Below, in pieces: positions 47,945 to 55,577 of a stretch of 59,648 nt of DNA; positions within the stretch are counted from its first letter, which is position 1; every line of letters begins with the position of its first letter. The position numbers and the translations under genes are program-made. Where the stretch lies: assembly GCA_016928815.1 (NCBI GenBank), contig JAFGJZ010000185.1, positions 1 to 59,648 on the forward strand, in the 5' to 3' direction. The DNA comes from Spirochaetota bacterium (GTDB taxonomy: Bacteria > Spirochaetota > UBA4802 > JAFGJZ01). The notes beneath the pieces were generated by a model. That model worked only from the letters and a program-made list of their open reading frames with translations. It was not told where the DNA came from and did not search any database.

Positions 47945-49645
47945 ATGCATTTTTTAGATGAATCACATATCCTGATTTTTCTTTTTCAGCTTTTCATCAT
48001 TCTTATTCTTGCAAGAGCAGCCGGTGAAATCTGCAGAAGAATTAAACAGCCGGTATTAACGGCTGAACTTCTGGTCGGAATACTTCTCGGACCGACCATT
48101 CTCGGACGGATATCTCCTGAATTTTTTTCATTCCTTTTCCCTGATAATGTTGTACAGCAGACGATGCTGGAAATTGTCTCATGGATTGGAGTTCTTTTCC
48201 TTCTGCTGGACACAGGACTTGAAATTGACTTTTCATCTGCATGGCGTCAGAAAGGAAATGCATTGATCATTGCTTTTTCAGATATAATTGTACCGATGGC
48301 AATTGCATTCATTCCAAGTTTTCTTCTGCCCGACACATATCTCGCTGATGTTGACAGAAGACTTTTTTTTGCTCTGTTCATGGCAGTAGTAATGACAATC
48401 AGCGCTATGCCCATCGCCTCAAGAGTAATGCATGATCTGAATATTCTTAAAACTGAAATCGGTTATCTGACAATGTCCGCACTTGCTGTAAACGACATCA
48501 TTGGATGGATTCTTTTTACAATTATTTTAGGTCTGTTTGCACAGACAGCATTCAGTTACATTACCATCTTTTTCATATTCATTTCAGTTATCGGTTTTTC
48601 TGTCATCGCTCTGACATTAGGAAGATATTTTTCCACCTTCACAATAAATTATTTCCATAAAAAAAACATGCCGGAACCCGGATCATCTTTTACGTTTGCA
48701 TGTCTTCTGGGATTATTATTCGGAGGGATAACTCAGACACTTGGAATACATGCTCTATTCGGATTTTTCATAGCTGGTATCATTGTAGGTGAAGCAAAAA
48801 ATCTGAAAGAGGAAACCAGAACAGTAATATCTCAGATGGTGCATTCACTATTTGTTCCGATTTTTTTTGTAAATATCGGTCTGAAAATTGATTTCATCGC
48901 TAATTTCGACATTTTTCCTGTAACCATAGTTACAATAATCGGCATAGCTGCGAGATTCACCGGAGCGTGGATCGGAACATTTTTTTCCAAAGTTCCCAAG
49001 CTGAATAGAAATCTAATATCTATTGCTCACACACCCGGCGGCATGATGGAAATTGTGGTAGCAATGCTTGCTTTTGAATCAGGACTGATAACATCAAAAA
49101 TATTTATTGCGATTGTTGTAAGTGCAGTAGTATCATCAATTACAATCGGACCATGGATGCGTCATGCACTTAACAGAAGAAAAGATATTTCCATCCTGAA
49201 TTTTCTCAACACAGATTCAGGAATAGTAATTCTTCATACACAGGAATGCAATGACGCGATATCATCAGTTACAGAAAGAGTCAAAAAGACAATTAAAAAT
49301 TCCGATCCGGAAGCGATACGAAATGAAATTTCAAAAAGAGAAAATGAATTCTCCACTGCCGTGGGGCATTGCATAGCAATACCGCATGTCAGAATGAAAT
49401 CGATTAAGGACCCTGTAATAATTTTTGCATTTTCACCGCAGGGAATCGACTGGAATGCACCTGACGGCAAACCCGTACATTTTTTATTTTTTCTTTTTTC
49501 ACCGCAATTATCAAATGATCTTCACATTGAAATTCTATCTAAAATTGTAAAAGAAATGAAAATTGACTCAAATCAGAAATTACTATTGGAGTCTGAGAAC
49601 AAGGAAGCAGTTTCAAAAGCACTTAAAAGTATTTTTCAAAAATAA
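47945..49645 (+). CDS. CPA2 cation:proton antiporter with a C-terminal PTS EIIA domain
   Basis: ELLVGILLGPTILG, TGLEID, AVNDIIGW, FVPIFF..IG; EIIA RENEFSTAVGHCIAIPH, GIDWNAPDGKPVH. Confidence 0.9.
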   Translation: MHFLDESHILIFLFQLFIILILARAAGEICRRIKQPVLTAELLVGILLGPTILGRISPEFFSFLFPDNVVQQTMLEIVSWIGVLFLLLDTGLEIDFSSAWRQKGNALIIAFSDIIVPMAIAFIPSFLLPDTYLADVDRRLFFALFMAVVMTISAMPIASRVMHDLNILKTEIGYLTMSALAVNDIIGWILFTIILGLFAQTAFSYITIFFIFISVIGFSVIALTLGRYFSTFTINYFHKKNMPEPGSSFTFACLLGLLFGGITQTLGIHALFGFFIAGIIVGEAKNLKEETRTVISQMVHSLFVPIFFVNIGLKIDFIANFDIFPVTIVTIIGIAARFTGAWIGTFFSKVPKLNRNLISIAHTPGGMMEIVVAMLAFESGLITSKIFIAIVVSAVVSSITIGPWMRHALNRRKDISILNFLNTDSGIVILHTQECNDAISSVTERVKKTIKNSDPEAIRNEISKRENEFSTAVGHCIAIPHVRMKSIKDPVIIFAFSPQGIDWNAPDGKPVHFLFFLFSPQLSNDLHIEILSKIVKEMKIDSNQKLLLESENKEAVSKALKSIFQK

Positions 49646-49667
49646 TTTCAAACGGTAAAGTATAACC

Positions 49668-49816
49668 GGATTATATATTCAGGATCAATAGTGTTATTAT
49701 CCATGGGTGCGCTTACAGCGAAAGAATATTTTAATATTGGCGACCTTATATGAATTACAGCTGCAGGAGCGGTAATCGGCGATAACATTAATTATTTCAT
49801 TGGTAAAAAATTCGGA
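49668..49816 (+). pseudogene. dedA-family gene remnant
   Basis: GLYI[frameshift]GSIVLLSMGALTAKEYFNIGDLI*ITAAGAVIGDNINYFIGKKFG; TGA at 49751; no start codon or C-terminal half. Confidence 0.75.
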
Positions 49817-49934
49817 CATGGCGAAAACGGTCTGGCACCGATTGATTATATTTACAATAAATTACCTGAATACGAATCTGATCAGGTTAAATATCCCGAC
49901 ATTGACTTTTTTGTTTCGGATATTATATAACTTA

Positions 49935-50001
49935 ATCGCCTGTCTATCACCTGCTACATCGCCTGCAGATAATCTGCAGACTCGTCTGTGTTTGAACAGG
50001 C
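49935..50001 (+). repeat. Left REP-like flank of the RAYT-like gene
   Basis: ATC-GCCTGTCTATC-ACCTGCTACATC-GC, palindrome CTGCAGAT-A-ATCTGCAG, 28-bp cap at 49974-50001. Confidence 0.85.
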
Positions 50002-50011
50002 AACATGATAA

Positions 50012-50647
50012 TTAAAGTGTTAATTTCGGATTAATATCAAATTGGCAATCAAGTATTCTAGATTTTAAAAGCAGAGTATTCTTAAATTTTTCTTCATATT
50101 TGAGAAACTCACTTATACGTTCATTTTCATCTTCATGCAAATCCATATAAGTTTTATGTCTAGTGACAGGCAATATTCCCTGATAGTCAGGAATTATATA
50201 ATGATTTATTGTATCATATTCATACATACCCGGTTTAGAAACATAACCCTTTCTAACTGGATTATAAGCACAATACCACAATGAAATCAATGCATACAAA
50301 TCAGGATTTTTAGATTGCTCAAAATATTTTCGTCCATATCTGTTATTCCATAAAGGACCTATACGTCTGATCGTTTTATTATAATGCCTGGTAAACATAG
50401 ATTTAGCTACTTTCATAGCCTCCGGAAGTATCTGATCATCATTTGGCGTCGTAAATATCATATGTACATGGTCATCAAGAATTGTCAGTGCATTAAGTTC
50501 TATCGGGTAGTTTTCAGTAATGTACCACATCATACTGACAAATAATGATTTTGGCCAGTCACCTGCCAGACACTGCTCAAAATTTAGAATTCGTGTAAAA
50601 ACATGGGTTGATATTTCCGCAGAATCAATTTCACAAAGTAATCCCAT
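50012..50647 (-). mobile_element. Y1/HUH transposase, REP-associated tyrosine transposase (RAYT)-like
   Basis: THVFTR, HUH motif DHVH, FTRHYNK..RRIGPLW..RY, catalytic region WYCAYNPVRKG; AAGGAGG RBS before ATG 50647. Confidence 0.85.
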
Positions 50648-50760
50648 AACTCCTCCTTTATTATTCCTCATTTATATAACAGTAAAAACATGAAATATTT
50701 TAAAAGTTTTTTACTGATTTATGATTTTTTTTTAAATTTATTGATTTAACACTATTTTTT

Positions 50761-50860
50761 ACCTGCTTCATCGCCTGTCTATCACCTGCTGCATCGCCTG
50801 TCTATCACCTGCTTCATCGCCTGTCTATTACCTGCAGACTTGTCAGTGTCTGGACAGGCG
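50761..50860 (+). repeat. Right REP-like flank: 3 x 23-bp tandem repeat plus a 28-bp cap
   Basis: ACCTGCT[T/G]CATCGCCTGTCTAT[C/T] at 50761, 50784 and 50807; cap 50832-50859 is 24/28 identical to 49974-50001. Confidence 0.9.
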
Positions 50861-50928
50861 CGGTAGTGTAAAACAGCTTGACTTTTCCTCAGAATAAAAA
50901 ATATAAAGAAAGAAAAACAGGTGAAAGC

Positions 50929-51582
50929 ATGAAAATATTAAATAACATTTTAAAGGCGATGAAAGTACCGGGTTTTCGTGACAAGGATAACGAATATAAA
51001 AATAACCCTGACTATGCCGTAAGAAGAAGTCTTTTCAGGGAATATAATCCTAAATCGGTAAAAATTGTAATGCTTGGCGACTCTATCACACAGGCACCCG
51101 ACTGGAATGAACTTCTCGGAAGAACGGATGTCGTTAACCGCGGAATCAGCGGGGATATCACACAGGGTTTTATCAGCAGAATGAAAGAGATCTATAAATT
51201 AAATCCGGAATTCTGTCTCATTATGGGCGGAATAAATGACATTACCAAGAACCTTGCAACTGTTGATGAAATATGCCGTAATTATGAACAGATTGTAACA
51301 GGACTCATAAAAAAATACATTAAACCGGTCATTCAGTCAACAATATATGTTGCGGCGGGATTTGATGATGCACCTCAAATAAACATCAAAGTGAAGGAAT
51401 TAAACTCAAGACTTGTTCTGCTTGCGGAAAAACATAATGCCGTTTTTATTAACGTGAATTCTGTTTTAGCCACTGATGATGTTCTAAAACCTGAATTTAC
51501 ATATGACGAACTTCATCTGCTCGGCAGCGGTTATGCAAAATGGCGCGATCTTCTGCTGGATGGATTTTTAAAAACAGTTTAA
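50929..51582 (+). CDS. SGNH/GDSL hydrolase
   Basis: LGDSIT, NRGISGD, GGIND, DELHL; start at ATG 50929. Confidence 0.92.
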   Translation: MKILNNILKAMKVPGFRDKDNEYKNNPDYAVRRSLFREYNPKSVKIVMLGDSITQAPDWNELLGRTDVVNRGISGDITQGFISRMKEIYKLNPEFCLIMGGINDITKNLATVDEICRNYEQIVTGLIKKYIKPVIQSTIYVAAGFDDAPQINIKVKELNSRLVLLAEKHNAVFINVNSVLATDDVLKPEFTYDELHLLGSGYAKWRDLLLDGFLKTV

Positions 51583-51598
51583 ATTGAATAAAAGATAT

Positions 51599-51626
51599 CC
51601 CTCAATGTCTCCACTGACATTGAGGG
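51599..51626. terminator. Hairpin between convergent genes
   Basis: CCCTCAATGTC-tccact-GACATTGAGGG. Confidence 0.7.
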
Positions 51627-51642
51627 CAGCGCTTGATTAATT

Positions 51643-52491
51643 CTATTTTAATCTGTGTTTTATGAATGTTCCTTCTGAAAGCTCATTGAATGCAGTATCC
51701 AGCTCTTCTGCAGTATTCATTACGATCGGCCCCCGCCATGCCACCGGTTCATTCAGAGGTCTTCCGGCAAAAAATATAAATGAAGAATCATCTACTGCTG
51801 AAACGGACACACCGGGTCCCATATCAAAAATTATCATTGCATCTGAAGATATTGATCTTTTATCGAATCCGGTCAGAATACTTCCCTTGTAAAGATAGCA
51901 GAACGCCTTATACCCGTCAGGTATATCAATAGTAATATCTTTACCGGCTGTAAGAGATATGTCGGCATACATGGGACTGCCTGAAATATCATCCGATGCT
52001 CCGGCGACACCTTTAAAATTGCCGGATATGACCTTTGCCTGAATGCCATCCGCACTGTAAACGGGAATATTTTCCGAAGAGATATCACGGTATTTCGGAA
52101 CCGACATTTTATTTTCAGCTGGAAGGTTTACCCAAAGCTGAAAGCCTGAAAGATAATCGGGCGCATGCTCAGGCATTTCCTGATGAACTATTCCGCTCCC
52201 GGCAGTCATCCACTGGACATCTCCCGGGCCGATGACGCCTTTGTTTCCTAGACTATCTCCGTGTTCCACCCTGCCGTTTAACATATATGTCACTGTTTCA
52301 ATTCCGCGATGCGGATGCCATGGAAAGCCCTTAATGTAATCATCCGGATTTTTTGAACCGAAATGATCAAAAAGAAGAAACGGATCAGTTAATGAAGTAT
52401 CATGAAAACCGAAAACCCTTTTAAGTTTAACACCTGCTCCCTCCATCACATAATTACCGGTCAGTATTTCTTTAATTCCGCATTCTGCCAT
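51643..52491 (-). CDS. Pirin family protein
   Basis: EGAGV, DPFLLFD, HPHRGIETVTY, WMTAGSGIVHQE, QLWVNLP, GPIVMN. Confidence 0.95.
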   Translation of the reverse strand: MAECGIKEILTGNYVMEGAGVKLKRVFGFHDTSLTDPFLLFDHFGSKNPDDYIKGFPWHPHRGIETVTYMLNGRVEHGDSLGNKGVIGPGDVQWMTAGSGIVHQEMPEHAPDYLSGFQLWVNLPAENKMSVPKYRDISSENIPVYSADGIQAKVISGNFKGVAGASDDISGSPMYADISLTAGKDITIDIPDGYKAFCYLYKGSILTGFDKRSISSDAMIIFDMGPGVSVSAVDDSSFIFFAGRPLNEPVAWRGPIVMNTAEELDTAFNELSEGTFIKHRLK

Positions 52492-52604
52492 GCAGCCTCC
52501 TTTCTAAAACTCTGATAAAATACATTATATCAGAAAAAATATAAATAGCAATTTTTTACAATATCTGCAAAAGCAGTTATGGTATTTTATAACAGAGGCT
52601 GATT

Positions 52605-53501
52605 ATGAAAAAATCGGATTTTACACTAATTATTGCTGTCATATGCTGGGGAATGTCATTTATCTGGACCAAAGAAGCTTTATCAACCCTTTCAGTCTAT
52701 TCTATTATTTTCATACGATTCTCAAGTGCTTCTCTGATTCTATTTTTTATTTCAGTACTAATGAAAAAAAATCTGAAAATCGGTTCAGGAATACTGAAAA
52801 TGATCATTTTAACTATGTTCCAGCCTTTTGCTTATTTTCTGTTTGAAACAAACGCATTAAAATATATTTCAACCCAGAAAGCTTCTCTAATAGCCGCAAC
52901 TATTCCGATTTTTGTACTTGTTATTACATCATTTCAGAAAAAAAAATTGCCCGGAATAATGAGCATCATTTCAGTATTCATTTCCATTGCAGGAATAATA
53001 CTCTTACTGGGAATAAATTTTGGAGTATCGGAAACAGGGACTTCACTAAAGGGCAACGTTCTAATGTTCGGAGCTGTTATCTCTGCAGCCGTGTATATCC
53101 TGCTTACGAATTATTTTGCTGGAGAGTTTGACATTTTTGTCATTACCTTTTATCAGATGCTACTCGGATCAGTCATGCTGCTGCCGCTTTTTGTAGCTGA
53201 TAATTGTTTCAACGGAACTGTTCATATCACACCACCGGCTGCAGCGGGTCTGTTTTTCCTGGTTATATTTTCAACTATTACAGGATTTCTCAGTTACAAT
53301 TATTCCATATCAAAATCGAGTACATCCAAATCTGCACTTTATCTGAATGCTGTACCTGTTGTAACAATAATTGCGGCATTTATCATACGGAAAGAGATTC
53401 TTACAGCCATGGAGTTTTCCGGTGCTGTTCTGATTATAACATCACTTTATCTAATAACTAAAACTTCAGGGGGTACAATTGAAACAGATAATTCTTATTA
53501 A
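52605..53501 (+). CDS. EamA/DMT family transporter
   Basis: About 10 TM segments in two EamA repeats (ICWGMSF, RF, P..YF.FE, N.VPV). Confidence 0.9.
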   Translation: MKKSDFTLIIAVICWGMSFIWTKEALSTLSVYSIIFIRFSSASLILFFISVLMKKNLKIGSGILKMIILTMFQPFAYFLFETNALKYISTQKASLIAATIPIFVLVITSFQKKKLPGIMSIISVFISIAGIILLLGINFGVSETGTSLKGNVLMFGAVISAAVYILLTNYFAGEFDIFVITFYQMLLGSVMLLPLFVADNCFNGTVHITPPAAAGLFFLVIFSTITGFLSYNYSISKSSTSKSALYLNAVPVVTIIAAFIIRKEILTAMEFSGAVLIITSLYLITKTSGGTIETDNSY

Positions 53502-53883
53502 TCGGAATCTTACGCCGGGAATTGCCGCAAATACCTGTGCAGTAATCGGCATGACTTTCGGTAAACTGAATCCTGAAATAGTCGGCTGCGACATCAGCGA
53601 CAAAAGCAACTTCGTACATAGCGGCATAACTGCATTTCCTGTTCCGGTTTTAAGTGCTAATAGTGATGAGATCAGGGAAATATATAAAAAAGTGCAGAAT
53701 GAATTTAACGGAATTATTCAGGCAGTTCCATTTACAAAAATTGCCCAAAGCTCAAAGAATTATGAGGAATACCGGTACCGTATGTCGCAAACTGATATTT
53801 CAGAAATTGAATTTAACGGATTAGGACTTCGCGGAGATAAAAAAACGATTAATCAGCTTTCAGGACACATGAAATTATTTTAA
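53479..53883 (+). CDS. DUF2000 family protein
   Basis: L..GIAANT.A..G.T.G, H.GI...PVPVL, G.GL.G.KK.I. Confidence 0.85.
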   Translation: MKQIILINRNLTPGIAANTCAVIGMTFGKLNPEIVGCDISDKSNFVHSGITAFPVPVLSANSDEIREIYKKVQNEFNGIIQAVPFTKIAQSSKNYEEYRYRMSQTDISEIEFNGLGLRGDKKTINQLSGHMKLF

Positions 53884-54731
53884 GGCCCTGATCCGGAATA
53901 ACTGACAGATTTAACATACTGTCCTGGAGTAATACCTGTAAAGTCCTTAAAAGTTTTTATGAAATGACTCTGATCGGTAAATCCAAGCTGATAGGATATT
54001 TCAGCCGAACTTAAACCTTTTTCAAGAAGATTATATGAACTTATTATTTTCAGGTTAATCAGATATTTATGGGGAGTTATTCCTGTTTCATTTTTAAATA
54101 TCCGCAGAAAATGATAAGGACTTAAATTAACACTCATTGATATGTCTTCAAGAGATAAATTTTCCTCAATTTTTTCATTCATGTATTCAATTGCTTCAGT
54201 TACATTTTTTTTACTGTTTTCAAGATTAATTAAATCCTGATGCTCAACAAGCATTTCGATACAGGAATAAACTTTTTCTTCAACTTCAAGTACGGCTGCA
54301 TTACTGAGTATTAATTTGTACAGCAATTTTAATTTAGTTACAAGAGACTCCTTCCTGATAACTTTGTGAAGCAGTTTCTGATTTCCGGATGTTGCACCTG
54401 TTATTTCCATTATTTTCTTTTGAAACCAGTTCTCATTGATGTAAAACATGTAATATGACCACAATGAATCAGGAACAGGATTGCAGCAGTGTTTCTGCCT
54501 AGGATTTACGACTACAACATCATTTGATGAGACATTAAACTTTTCATCACCAATACTGACCTCAGCGCTTCCGCCGAGAATTAGTCCGATAGAAAATGTC
54601 CGGTGCATATGTTCTTTAAATGATTTCACACTGAAAGTTGAATTTCTGACTGAAATGATTTCATCGTTTTTATATTTATAAATGCAGGTAGAATCTTTCA
54701 AATGACTTCTCCGCGGCTGTTTTTTCACCAA
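53880..54731 (-). CDS. AraC family transcriptional regulator (cupin + HTH)
   Basis: F.EHMH.TFSIG, NP.Q.H.C, LSPYHFLR.FK..TG.TP, GF.DQSHF...FK. Confidence 0.92.
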   Translation of the reverse strand: MVKKQPRRSHLKDSTCIYKYKNDEIISVRNSTFSVKSFKEHMHRTFSIGLILGGSAEVSIGDEKFNVSSNDVVVVNPRQKHCCNPVPDSLWSYYMFYINENWFQKKIMEITGATSGNQKLLHKVIRKESLVTKLKLLYKLILSNAAVLEVEEKVYSCIEMLVEHQDLINLENSKKNVTEAIEYMNEKIEENLSLEDISMSVNLSPYHFLRIFKNETGITPHKYLINLKIISSYNLLEKGLSSAEISYQLGFTDQSHFIKTFKDFTGITPGQYVKSVSYSGSGP

Positions 54732-54904
54732 TATGTAAAAAATTATTAAAATAAAAATTCTGATATAACAGCATAAATTGAATTTTATGAATTATATTGT
54801 TAATTTCAGGATCAATTTAATTGAATTCCGGAATTAAATGCAATATATTTATTATAAACTGACTTCATTTTTACCTGGAAATTATTTTTTTATGGAGAGT
54901 ATTT

Positions 54905-55540
54905 ATGAAACATTTAAAATCAATTACAGTTTTTACAGTTATTCTGATTTCCTCAACAATTGTTTTCGCACAGATCTCCACAGACAAAAAAGAAAGAGAT
55001 AGAAATTTTCAGCCGGATGAAATTAACAGACTTGCAGACCGGTTCCAGAAATCTCTGGCGGAAAACAGGATTGAAATGCTGAATATCATGCACCGCCTCG
55101 ATGAAGAAAACATACCTATTGAAGAAAGGACTCTTGTTAATAGAATCATTGCAGTTCGCGAAAAATGTACTAACCTCAGCAAAACAGGTCTGGAACAGAT
55201 TAAAAATAAAATCACTATTGAAGCAATCAGGGATACATTGCGTGAACTTGACAGAAATGAGCAGTTGCTCGGACTTTTATACAGATCTCTTGATAAAAAC
55301 CGGGAACTTCGAAGATTAAATGAACTTTCAAAAGAATTCAGCGGCAATAAAGATCTGAAAAAATCAGTTACCCAAATGGAAAAACTTCTGAATAAAATGA
55401 TTAAGCTTGAAAATGAAAGAATGAAGCTCAATGATGAATTTATGAAAACAGAAGATGATATCAACCGGCTCAGGGATCACATTAAAGAACTTGAACAGGA
55501 AAACAGACCCGTCCCGCCTGACAGTCAACAGAACAGATAA
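54905..55540 (+). CDS. Secreted coiled-coil hypothetical protein
   Basis: Signal peptide ending in VFA, long charged helices, GGAG RBS. Confidence 0.75.
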   Translation: MKHLKSITVFTVILISSTIVFAQISTDKKERDRNFQPDEINRLADRFQKSLAENRIEMLNIMHRLDEENIPIEERTLVNRIIAVREKCTNLSKTGLEQIKNKITIEAIRDTLRELDRNEQLLGLLYRSLDKNRELRRLNELSKEFSGNKDLKKSVTQMEKLLNKMIKLENERMKLNDEFMKTEDDINRLRDHIKELEQENRPVPPDSQQNR

Positions 55541-55577
55541 CTGTCAGTATGCGTTGACACAATTTCCGTGTGCACTA

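Noticed and set aside
49751-49753. TGA recoded as Trp (alternative genetic code)
   Set aside because: Many intact genes here end in TGA and use TGG for Trp; the fragment also has a frameshift, so it is decay.
49800-50015. 71-aa ORF from the track
   Set aside because: Out of frame with the dedA remnant, runs through the repeat flank, TTG start without an RBS.
50761-50835. Mini CRISPR array (23-bp repeats)
   Set aside because: The units are head-to-tail with no spacers and are better explained as transposase-flanking repeats.
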